A stretch of 64,000 nucleotides of DNA. Source: Octopus vulgaris (Eukaryota). The position numbers and the translations under genes were made by a program. Of this stretch, positions 14,200 through 26,373 are shown in pieces; positions within the stretch are counted from its first letter, which is position 1; the number at the start of each line of letters is the position of its first letter. Location: contig OX597835.1 in NCBI GenBank assembly GCA_951406725.2, forward strand, positions 27,528,001 to 27,592,000, written 5' to 3'. Under the pieces are notes generated by a model. It was given only the letters and a program-made list of their open reading frames with translations. It searched no databases and had not been told where the DNA came from.

Positions 14200-15300
14200 C
14201 ACACACATTTCCACACACACACATATATGTATTCATACATACAATACATATATGTGCACTCACACACATACATGCACTTTTACACAAATGCACACATTCA
14301 CAAGTATACAAGCACTCTTATACATATATAGCTATACTAATGTGCACATACACACACACAGACATATGCACATTCATACATACAGACATGCACATATCTA
14401 CACATATACATGTATTCATACATACATGCAAATGCACATGTGTGTGCATGCATGTATGTACGTGTACTCACATGCACAGGCACACACACATATTCAAATT
14501 TGATTGCACACATGTACTCACACATGCATGTGCACACACACACACACACACACTAATGCACACAACACACATACATACACAGGCATACACATACGCCTCA
14601 TGCGAACACTCACACACATGCACACACATACACACATTCAAATTTACATGCACACATCCACATATACATGTACGTACATGTACTCTCACACACACACGCA
14701 TACACTTACATGCATACACATGCACATATATATATATATACACATTCAAATTCACATGCATATACCCACATGTATATACTTATACTCACACACACGCATA
14801 CATATTTACATGCGTACATGTAGATATGCCTCATGTGAGCACACACAGGCACACACAGGCACACACAACACACACAGGCACACACAACACACACAGGCAC
14901 ACACACACATACACACACTTAATGCTACATATGGATATACCTCATGCAAGCACACACACACATACACACATATTTAATGAATGCATATAGATATACCTCA
15001 TGTGAATACACACATACACACACACACACATACATACACACACACGTACACACAAACACACACACACACATTTAATGATACATATGGATATATCTCATGT
15101 GAGCACACACACACATACACACACACACATTTAACGAATGCATATAGATATACCTCATGTGAATACACACATATACATACACACAAAAACACGCACGCAC
15201 GCACACACACATACACACACATTTAATGAATGCATATAGATATACCTCACGTGAGAGCACACATGCACACGCACACACACACACTCACACACACATTTCC
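14200..15300. repeat. CA-rich degenerate minisatellite; similar array at 26830-27870
   Basis: Recurrent atttaatgaatgcatatagatatacctcatgtgagcacac units among (CA)n. Confidence 0.85.
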
Positions 15301-15791
15301 AACAACAAAACAAAGACAACTGCTTTATTTCTTGAAAGCTAATTCCTTTCTCGCCACAATTTGAACAAAACAACAACAGCTGTAGCTGTCAACATTAGTT
15401 TTATCTGGAATTATGCAATTTATCTCTGGAATATATAATAGGATTAGGACATGAATATATATTCACACACAAACACACAGACAGACACACACACACACAC
15501 ACATACAGACACACATACAGACACACATATGCCTAAACATAAATATATATACACTCACATCTACATGTGTACACACATGCACATACATACTTATATGTAT
15601 GCACACCCATACACACGTGTATAGATATATATCAAAAACTGTCAGTTGACGTTAATAAATTGTTGGATGAACAAAGGAATATTGGAACAGAAGACAAAAA
15701 CCTGAAGACATCGGTGTTTCGGTCATTTTTCACAAAATGTGAAAGCTTTTACTTACAGGAATTGATCAAACTTTCATTGCTGATGTTGTTG

Positions 15792-15794
<3 letters not shown>

Positions 15795-15835
<41 letters not shown>

Positions 15836-16347
15836 GAGTGAGAGAGCAGTGCATGCCATCAAAGTGACACTGGGGTAAAATATACGAAGTCCAGTATACC
15901 CATCATGACTACCCGTCTGATAAGGGTACACTAGGCACATGCATCACAACCATATGTGTACGACATGGTGATCTCATAACAAGATAAATAGCACATGACC
16001 TTGCAGGTGGGGCCCAGTTAGAATTTTCTTCTGGTTGGGTAACCCATCCCATTCAAAAGGTCCCTGATTAAGGGTTGTCTAAGGATGTTGAATGAAACAC
16101 CCATGTTTCCAGAGGTGAATTATTCAAACCCCAAAGAATCCCTCTCAACACATGGCTATGATGCTCCCCCACTACTTCTGCTCATGATCAGAGATGCACA
16201 TATCGTCAGCCACTAAGGGACATGCTCAACTGGTTAAGGTCAAACGACTCACAAGCAAATCTATGGTACTGAGCAGAATATTTGCTGTAGCCCATCTTTT
16301 ATACGTAGCCCATCTTTTATACATAGCCCATCTTTTATATGTAGCCC

Positions 16348-16350
<3 letters not shown>
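15795..16350 (-). mobile_element. retroelement 3' end with (AAT)n tail; short copy at 944-1080(+)
   Basis: 15837-15945 is the reverse complement of 944-1052; both end in (AAT)n. Confidence 0.75.
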
Positions 16351-16386
<36 letters not shown>

Positions 16387-17601
16387 CATCATCATTATTA
16401 TTAAGGCAGTGAGCTGGCAGAATTGTTAGCATGCTGGACAAAATGCTTAGCGGTATTTTGCCCGTTGCTATATTCTGAGTTCAAATTCCGCCAAATGTGT
16501 AGAAAAGGTGAACAAAGTGAGTAGAAAAGGTGAGTGAATAGAATGAGTAGCTGAGTAGGGGGATTGAAGTGAGTAAAATGAACAAGCAGAATGACTGAGT
16601 AAAATTACTAATTGAGTAGAATAAGAGAGTGGAATGAGTAGGTGGGCAGAATGAGCATGTAAAGTAGATAACTGTGTAGAATGAGTAGGTAAAATGAGCA
16701 ACTGAAAGGAATAACTGAGTGGCATGTGCAAAACAAGTAGTTGAGTAATGAGTAAGTAAAATGTGTAAATGAGTAGAAAAAGTAGTAAAATGGAATTGTT
16801 TAGAGAATGAATAACATAATGGCTTAAACCATATGAAAATATTTAGTTTTGTAACAGAGCTGTGTCATAAAATACTATTTCGTTTGATAAATTAATAGTC
16901 AGTTTTATGACAGAGCAGTGTTATAAAAAAAACCATTTAAATATCGTTAGTAAAAGAGACAAGCTCAACACAAGAGTACTGTTTTTAAAAAAAAAAGAAA
17001 AAGAGAAATATTCTGTTCAAACAAAATAATAGAAATCGAGCTAAAAACAAAAACTGAAACAAATAATAAAAAAAAAAACAGAAAAGAAAACGAACCAAAT
17101 TTAAACAAATAAGACACTGAATTAATTAAATCTTCCAAAATAATATTGAATTCCTTCAATTTCAGATTATCTGCTAATTAGATATGAAGAGAAGACTGAT
17201 TCCAAGTTAGATGCCAAACAGACACAAATCTGGTGAGCAGTTAGGTGGTTGACACACATTTAACATAATTTCGCATCCATTAGTTATTTTATTTTAATTT
17301 TCTATTTCAATTTACAATAAACTAGAAAGTTCTAGAAATCCACAAATTCTTGTCAGTTTACTGAATAAATCATTCTATGACAACTGGTGTACAATATTCT
17401 ATATTTCCTTACTAATTCTTCCATTACTGCATTGGTTGGTATAGTGAAGGTCATAGTATGTTGATGAGGTCATAATAACGCTGAAAGATGGCAAGAGTTG
17501 ACTTCCATATTTGTTGAAATAATAACAAAAATAATGTCAGTCCTTGACTATTATTGTTTATTTTTTTTCTCACAGCATAATTATTTCTGATTAGCTTTAC
17601 A

Positions 17602-17747
17602 TATCTCTATATATATAAACGGCAAAATGTCTGTCTGTGTGTGTGTCCTTTATACAAATCCACAATTTTTCAGTTAGAGGGCTTGCACTTTCTATGATCA
17701 TTTAAAACCGTCCAAGGATGGTCGTGCACATCTTTACATTTCCCCAC
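17602..17747 (+). mobile_element. possible non-autonomous Helitron 5' fragment
   Basis: Begins atctctatatatataaacggcaaaatgtctgtctgtgtgtgtgtcc, a TC-start plus microsatellite layout typical of such elements. No 3' CTRR end seen. Confidence 0.35.
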
Positions 17748-17768
17748 TCAGGAAAGGAAAGAAAGAGG

Positions 17769-17803
17769 ATTTAACATTTCGAGCGGACCTCTTCGTCAGA
17801 AAC
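17769..17803 (-). ncRNA. minimal hammerhead-like motif, third family (repeat ~17750-17878)
   Basis: Minus strand GTTT CTGACGA A GAG-gtccg-CTC GAAAT GTT^ AAAT. Canonical CUGANGA core with short stems I and II. Confidence 0.55.
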
Positions 17804-17877
17804 ATAAGAAAAGGAAAGATTCGAGGAAGGGAAGACGGAGATAAAAAAAAATCGCCAACGGTACACACGCGGTCATA

Positions 17878-17937
<60 letters not shown>

Positions 17938-18349
17938 ACAATATCCAACATAAGTAGTTAGAAAAATATATACACATTTAAGACCTAATATCTGGCTTCG
18001 GTAATTAGGAAAATGTACATGCAATAATTTCATGAATTTTTGAGCTTACTTTTTAGCATTTAAACTGGCCATATCTAGCCAAAATAGTCCACCTGTTAAA
18101 AATTAGCCAAATCAAGCCTCCTGCATCTACTCTACAATGTCTCTGTAAAAATAAGCGACCACCACATTGAAATTTCGAAGCAATGATATAATGCACAATT
18201 AATTCCAAGCAATCAGAATACATATACATTTCATTGGACAGAGTAATCTGAATGCCAATGGGTTGATAATTAATTGATTAATTACTGAATAAACATAAAA
18301 TGTGGATTAACATGGAGGATTACTGGGCTGAATTCAAAGGTAAACTTAC

Positions 18350-18456
18350 CCGTAATGGCAATTTTAGCTGACCATTTCGAAGTTCCATCAAGCACACTCT
18401 GTTTCACAGCTTTCATATGACCTGAATGTGATTTCTTATCAACACCAAAAACTTGC
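18350..18456 (-). CDS. unc-13: unc-13 exon entering the C2B domain (107 nt, phase 2-1): [35 protein letters not shown]
   Basis: Munc13 hallmark [19 protein letters not shown]. Acceptor ttttag|, donor |gtaagt. The next C2B exon was not found in 1-18349, so that intron apparently runs off the window. Confidence 0.96.
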
Positions 18457-19005
18457 CTAAAATTGTAAAAAAATGCAGATATATATATATGAAGACATAA
18501 CACGATGTAGATAAAGACATTTGAGAAATTTGAAAAGTTAACACGAAACCGGTAATTTCTTCAAAAACTATGTTACTGTATGAAAAAATTTTATAACATT
18601 CTTCTAACATAATGACTCAAATATATTCTTTAACCTTATAAAACAAGCCTTCTGTGGTTTTTTCACTCTTTACTATTTTCTATATATATATATGTATATA
18701 TATATATACTTTATTTAAAAGCAGCAGAAATTCAATAAAAAGCAGCAGAAATTCAACATCGAACAGGAACGTGAAACTCAGAGTAACAGGTTTTGTTGAA
18801 TTTCTGCTGCTTCTAAATAAAGCATATTACTCTACCCCTGGTATTTGAGTACTCTTTTTTCCACCTTGTTTCACATTTATGTGTTTACTCCGGTATATAA
18901 ATATATATATATATATATAAAGAGTACTCAAATACCAGGGGTAGAGTAATATGCTTTATTTAAAAGCAGCAGAAATCCAACAAAACCTGTTACTCGGAGT
19001 TTTCA

Positions 19006-19054
19006 CAAAACTGTCCGACGAATGGGAACGTGAAACTCCAAGTAACAGGTTTTG
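19006..19054 (+). ncRNA. minimal type-I hammerhead ribozyme-like motif (U4C core), Penelope-like terminal repeat
   Basis: caaaa-CTGT CCGACGA ATG-ggaa-CGT GAAAC tccaa GTA^ ACAG-g-ttttg. Stems I and II pair, GUA cleavage triplet, quasi-palindromic loop 3 (ACTCCGAGT in the sister copy at 18992-19000). Confidence 0.7.
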
Positions 19055-19112
19055 TTGAATTTCTGCTGCTTTTAAATAAAGTATATATATATAGAGATAG
19101 ATAGATAGATAA

Positions 19113-19169
<57 letters not shown>

Positions 19170-19177
19170 GAGAGAGT

Positions 19178-19251
<74 letters not shown>

Positions 19252-21892
19252 AAGAGAGCAAGAAAGATGGAGAAATGTATACAGAAAAATATAAAGATTT
19301 TTGTCAGAAAATTCAAACTTTATAGCTTATTTCATTTTTTGTGAAAATTTTTTTTTATTAAATTTCCAAGGAAAGGAAAAAAAAAGGAAAGATCTTCAGG
19401 GAGGATGGGCAAGAAAAAATATAACAGTATGTTGTAAATATCAAGCCAGAATTAGCAAAACAGCTAAACAAAAGACTGGCAACTAAGAACTCCCTTGTCA
19501 CTTTTGGGATAGATAATATCACTTACAACAATGGTCAGAGTTTGTGATATTGGATGGCTTTAAATAAATTATTTTAAAGTTCAATATATATACATAAATA
19601 TAGAATGGAAATTTCTTGAGGCGAGAATACAGGAAACCCAAAATAACCAGTGCTTGCTATTCTAATGTTAAAATATTGTCAGCCAAAAATAGACAGAAAT
19701 TGACAGAGAAACGGAAATCTCTGGATCAGCTGTTCAATATTGATGTGGTTCCCAGCTGAAGAGGAATTAAGATTTTATTATAAGGTTACAACTAACAGTC
19801 ATCTTAGCTATGCTGTAAATATTATTTCCATGCCATTAACTATGCCAACCTTCACCTGTTTCCAAGTGAGGTAATATTTCCCCATAATCAGACATGCTTT
19901 CAAAGAAAACTGCAAACTAAGGACTTCACTTGCATGATGGTAACAATCATTTACAACTATTGGGCTATGTCAAATAAAAAAGAGAGTACCACACATGCAT
20001 TTGCATGCATGTGCAGACACATACACACGCACACATAAATAATGGGCTTCTTTCACTTTCCATCTACCACAAGGCTTTGGTCAGCCTAGGGCTATAGCAA
20101 AAGACACTCAGCTTTGGTTCCACACAGTGGGACTGAACCCAGACCCATTTGGTTGGGAAGGAAATTTCTTACCACACATCCATACCCACACACACACACA
20201 CACTCATACACATAAATAATAAACTTCTTTCAGTTTCCATCTACCACAAGGCTTTGGTCAGCCTAGGGCTATAGCAAAAGACACTCAGCTTTGGTGCCAC
20301 ACAGTGGGACTGAACCCAGAACCATTTGGTTGGGAAGGAAACTTCTTACCACACAGCCATACCCCCACCCACACACAACACACACACACACACACGCACA
20401 CATGAAATGAAATCCAGAATAAATTATTGTATTGGTGATTTAGACTTGGCAAGAAAAGTCCATAGGAGGGCAACAGAGGAACTTCAGTTGTTTGATGTTG
20501 GAAATGGTTTCTGCTGTGGCATAATATTTCCAATGCATACGCATTTTATAAAATACAGATATCAATTTTTTTCAAAGCTGACATCTATCAATTATTGGAT
20601 GACAGAATTGTGCTCCTGGGTGTTACATCATCCCACACAGTACTTGGCTATGACTGAGTGGTCGATAAGGTTAAGAGAAATGGCATGATGTGTTTTAAGA
20701 GTCAGTTTGTGATAGAAATGAATGCAGGATGATAGATTCACCAGTTGGACTTGAGCCATACATTTATTGCTTTGCAGTTGATAGTGTTACCAACTGCTTT
20801 ACAGAATGCCTGCCATTCCAAATTCTCAAATTAGGAATAAGAAATCATTTCTGATGCATTCTGATCAGAAAACAGGAACTGGAAGCCAGACACAAAGACA
20901 CACATACAATGAGCTTCTTTTAGTTTCCGCCTACCAAATCCACTCACAAGGCCTCGATGTGCCTGAGGCTTTAGTAGATGACACTTGCCCAAGGTGCCAT
21001 GCAGTGGGACTGAACCCAGAACCATGTGGTTGGGATGAAAACGTCTAACCACACAGCCACGTCTGACCCTGTTATATATATATGTTTATTTATTAATTTT
21101 CTTTTTTTTTCTTTCAGACATCACTTACTTAAAGAAGGGAAATATCCATAGCCATTTCCCATAGCCCCTGAGAATGATGGGGGTGGGGAAGGAGGGAGGA
21201 AGTTACCCTCACACCAAAGCTCAGATCTAAATGCAGGTAACAGATTGGACTCCATTAAAGACCCTCTAAGGCCATCTGATGCCAGTAAATTGGGCAATGA
21301 ATTACATCTACCAGCCAGAACTATGAATGGTCCTTGTGACTGGCTTCCTACACAACTGAGGCTGGTTGAATTTCGTCTGCAAGGCTTTAGTGAACCAAAA
21401 ATTATGGCAAAAATGGATGTCATTTTCATACATGCTGGTGGCACGTAAAGAGCACCAACCAATCGTGGATGTTGCCAGCTTCCTCTGGCCCCTGTGTCGG
21501 TGGCACGTAAAAAGCACCCATTACACTTTTGGAGTGGTTGGCATTAGGAAGGGCATCCGGCTGTAGAAACACTGCCAGATCAGACTTGAGCCTGGTGCAG
21601 CCTCCTGGGTTTCCAGACCCTGGTCGAACCGTTCAACCCATGCTAGCATTGAAAACGGAGGTTAAATGATGATGATGATGAAATCAGTTAAAGCCAAATT
21701 TGAAAACAGTTGGAACAAAACTGAATAAAAAAACCAACGAAAATCTGTAGCAGCAACTAAAAAAAACCTGGCATTTGTTCTGGTGGTCATGTGGCGAAGT
21801 TGAACCCAAAACCTTGTTGTTGCAAAGCAAGCTTCTTAACCACACATGCATCAATTATTAAATCTATGGTAAACAAAGAAGTAAAATCTTAC

Positions 21893-22013
21893 CGGATAAG
21901 CTCAAATATTTCAGGTTTATTCTTTTCGCGTGCTTTCATTCTATCTTTCATTGCCATGATTATATTATGGGTTTTATCTTCAGCTCCATGCTTGGAGCTT
22001 TTTTCAGCAGCCC
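21893..22013 (-). CDS. unc-13: unc-13 exon, C1-C2B linker (121 nt, phase 1-2): (R)[39 protein letters not shown](R)
   Basis: Absent from the ORF track in this frame; translated by hand. Acceptor tttacag|, donor |gtaaga. Phases match both neighbours. Carries the Munc13 motif [13 protein letters not shown]. Confidence 0.96.
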
Positions 22014-22270
22014 CTGTAAAATGGAACAGATTTGTAAAATTTCAAGAATGACAAAAAAGAAAAAAAAACAAGGGTTGTCTTTCTAGAACTGAATGCAAAT
22101 CGTTACCTGTGAAATCATATGCTAATGCTAAGCCATCTTTATTTGCACAATTATGTCCAAGAATAACTATTCCATTAAAACTGAATATGTACATGGTTCA
22201 CAGAAAATTAGAAGATTTTTCTCATCACCTTCAGGGGAATAAAGGATCAATAAATAGCCAAAACCAGTAT

Positions 22271-22411
<141 letters not shown>

Positions 22412-23114
22412 TACATATATATATAGATATATTATCTTTTACTTACTTCAGTCTTTAGATTGCAGTCATGCAGGGGCAACACCTTCAAGGATTTTTTTTT
22501 TTTTAGTTGAATAAATCGACCCTGGTACTTATGTTCTTTTAAAGCCTGGTACTTATGCTATCAGTCTCTTTTGCCAAATTGCTAAGTCATGGGAACATAA
22601 ACAAACCAACTATAGTTGTCACGTAATGGTGGGGTACAAACAAACAAACACACACGCACATATAAAACAGGCTTCTTTCAGTTTCTTATTTCTTTACTGT
22701 CCACAACGGGCTACACACAAAGGAGACAAACAAGGACGGACAAAGGGATTAAGTCGATTACATCGACCCCAGTGCGTAACTGGTACTTAAATTATCGATC
22801 CTGAAGGGATGAAAGGCAAAGTCGACCTCGGCAGAAGTTGAATTCAGAACATAACTGCAGACGAAATACCGCTAAGAATTTCGCCCAGCGTGCTACCGTT
22901 TCTGCCATCTCGCCGCCTTTTGAAACGTAACTGCAGATGAAATACCGCTAAGCATTTTACCCGGTGTGCTAACGTTTCTGCCAGCTCGCTGCCTTTCAGT
23001 TTCTGTTGACCAAATCCACTCACAAGGCTCTGGTCAGTGTGATACTGTAGTAGAAGGCTCTTGCCCAAGCTGCCATGCAGTGGAAGTGAACCCAGAACCA
23101 TGTGGTTGGAAAGC

Positions 23115-23159
<45 letters not shown>

Positions 23160-23509
23160 AAAATACATACACATATAGAGGGAGAGAGAGAGAGAGAGAG
23201 AGGGAAATAAGGAGAAACAAATAAAAAAAAAGCTAAGAGAGAAAAAATACAAAATAGTTACAAAGCAAATGAAGAACAAATAAAAACTGTGCATGGTTTG
23301 GCCATTCAGTTTGGATAATTTGTAGAAAGACAAATTTTTTTTTCTCCCTCAAAATGTTCAGCAAGTCAAATTATACAGCCACTACAAGATTATCTTCAGA
23401 ATCTTTTGGCCATGTTGCTGTATCATTTAAAGTGAAACTGACTGAGGCTGGCTCAAAGGTTGCCAATTATACGGTCGTTATAGTTTTCTAATGCTTTTAA
23501 AATGGCATT

Positions 23510-23540
<31 letters not shown>

Positions 23541-23565
23541 TAGATACATAGATGTGTGTGTGTGC

Positions 23566-23607
<42 letters not shown>

Positions 23608-23639
23608 ATGTATATATATGTGTGTGTGTATATATATGC

Positions 23640-23723
<84 letters not shown>

Positions 23724-24554
23724 GTACGTATGTGTGTGTATATATATATATAGATGTGTGTATGTATGTATATATATATATGTATGTGTGTGTATATATA
23801 TATATATGAATGTGTATATATATATATGTCTATTTATGTATGTGTATATATATATGTGTGTGTATTTCTATATGTATGTATGTATGTGTATCTATATCTC
23901 TCTCTTTCTATACATATATATATATATATATATATACACACATGATATAGATATATTTCGTTTCTCATCAGATATCTAATGAGAACTTTTCTTCTACTTA
24001 ACCTATATTAATAGTTGGAAGGAAATCTTCCCGTCGGATAACTTTAAAGTAATTTCAAGTAAAATACTTCACAGAAGAAATTCTTGTAAAAGAAATACAA
24101 ATAAATTGGCAACAGTAGTTTTCTGTAAATTAGTAGCAAGAATGGTGTAAGCAGCTTGGAACAGAACATTTTGCAGATCAAAGGGAACAAGATCAGAGGG
24201 ATAGAATAGAAATAGTTATTTTCTTGACAATGTTACGTAGTTCAGCCACCTCTGCCATTTCCCTCTTCTTAAGTAATAATTAAGTAGTTTGGACCGATAG
24301 CAAATGATTTTACTTGAGATCTTAATACTTTGGGGCTCGGCTCATAGTCAGAAATCACAGATTTTTAGCACTCAAGTAGTAATGGCAAAAGATTTCAAGA
24401 ACAGACTTATTCATCAGAAGAGCGACCAGTTTATCATTGAGAAGGGGCAAGACTGGTAAACTAATTTCTCAACAAAAATAAATAAATAAAAATGTTATCG
24501 TAGAGTGGGTTCAAGTTTCATGCCAATGTATGACACCTTGGGGTGTAAGTTACA

Positions 24555-24985
24555 CTTGAAATCTTCAAAGCCACAATCGAACCAATTCTACTATGTGGTT
24601 CAGAAACCTGGACGTTATCAAAGAAGAGGCGGTTGGATGGAACTTACACTCGCCTCCTTATGAGAGCTCAAAATCTCTCGTGGAAGCGTCATCCAACCAA
24701 AATGCAAATATATGGGAAACTACCACCTTTGTCATCTCTTGTGAAAGGTAGGAGAGTCCAGTTTGCTGGACATTGTTGTAGAGTTGAAAACGAGACAATT
24801 TCTACTCTTCTCCTCTAGAAGCCATCTACTCACAATACCAGAGGGCACACACTCTCCTACATAATCTCTGGGGATACAGGCATCCAGCAACAGGACCTCC
24901 GTAATGCTATGATGGACCGTGAAGTCTGGCATAGCATGGTAAATTCCATTGTCTTGACCACGGTCGAACAATGATGATGATGATG
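24555..24985 (+). mobile_element. RTE-clade LINE 3' fragment, same family as 48124-48705
   Basis: IFKATIEPILLCGSETWTLSK...DGTYTRLLMRAQNLSWKRHPTK...VQFAGHC; (GAT)n tail. Confidence 0.9.
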
Positions 24986-25099
24986 TGACACCTTGTTTGT
25001 GGCTCCTGTTTCAAGAATGCATTCTAAGTGGAATTTTGTCAACAGGAAATGTGTGGATGTCTACTATATACACACATTCACAGACATGCATATATATGA

Positions 25100-25137
<38 letters not shown>

Positions 25138-25774
25138 AGGTGCAGGTATGGCTGTATGGTAAGAATAAGAAGTTTGCTTCCCAACCACCTGGTTCCAGGT
25201 TCAATTCCACTGCATGTCACCTTGGGCATGTGCCTTCTACTGCAGTCTTGGGCTGACCAAAGCCTTATGAGTGGATTTGGTAGATGGAAACTGAAAGCAG
25301 CCCATCATGTATAATGCCAACTCTGTAAAGTGGTTGGTGTTAAGAAGAACATCCAGCCATAGGGACCATGCCAAATCAGGCTGGAGTTTGATGCAGCTCC
25401 TCAGCTCTGTTCAAACCGTCCGAACCATGGCAGCATGGACAATGGACGTTAAATAATGATGATGACGATTTGAGTGTATTTCTATGTGTCTATGTTTGCC
25501 TCCCCCACCACCACCACCACTTGGTAAATGGTGTTGGTGTGTTGACATCCCCATAACCTAGTGGTTCAGCAAAAGATATCAATAAAATAAGCACTATGCT
25601 TTAAAATAGAAAAGTACTGGGGTCGATTTGTTTGATTAAAAATTCTTCAAGGCATACCCCAGCATAGCCAAAAATTCTTCAAGGCGTACCCCAGCATAGC
25701 CACAGTCTAACGATGGAAATAAGTGGGAGACAAATGGTAAAAGATATCATCGAAATCTCAAAGCTACAAGATAA

Positions 25775-26373
25775 GGGCGGTGAGCTGGCAGAATAGTTAG
25801 CATGCCATGCAAAATGCTTAGCAGCATTTCATTCGCCTTTATGTTCTGAGTTAAAATTCCGCCGAGGTCGACTTTGCCTTTTGTCCTTTCGGGGTCGATA
25901 AATTAAGTACCAGTTACGCACTGGAGTCGATGTAATCGACTTAATCCGTTTGTCTGTCCTTGTTTGTACCCTCTATGTTTAGCCCCTTGTGGGTAGTAAA
26001 GAAATAGGTATTTTGTCTGCCGTTATGTTCAGAGTTCAAATTCCGTCATGGTCGACTTTGCCTTTCATCCTTTCGGGGTCGATAAATTAAGTACCAGTTA
26101 CGCACTGGAGTCGATATAATCGACTTAATCCGTTTGTCTGTCCTTGTTTGTCCCCTCTATGTTTAGCCCCTTGTGGGTAGTAAAGAAATAGGTATTTTGT
26201 CTGTCTTCATGTCCTGAGTTCAAATTCCACCGAAGTCAACTTTGCCTTTCGTCCTTTCGGGGTCGATAAGTTAAGTACCAGTTACGCACTGGAGTCGATG
26301 TAATCGACTTAATCCGTTTGTCTGTCCTTGTTTGTCCCTCTTATGTTTAGCCCCCATGTGGGTAATAAAGAAA
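25775..26373 (+). mobile_element. tRNA-derived SINE family A with a triplicated 3' half, inserted into a TTAA MITE
   Basis: A box TGGCAGAATAG, B-box-like GAGTTCAAATTCC. The core gtcgactttgcctttcatcctttcggggtcgataaattaagtaccag is repeated three times (~180-bp unit). TSD agataa on both sides. Confidence 0.9.

Noticed and set aside
15698-15780. Minus-strand GAAAC-ACCGAT-GTC-TTCA resembling a hammerhead 3' half
   Set aside because: No recognisable CUGANGA core upstream; at best a decayed relic.
21121-21462. 113-aa minus-strand ORF as an unc-13 cassette exon
   Set aside because: Available donors give phase 1 while phase 2 is required; the flanking exons already join into the conserved protein; no homology.
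24380-24425. Minus-strand CTGATGA...GAAA
   Set aside because: No stem III, NUH triplet or stem I complement.
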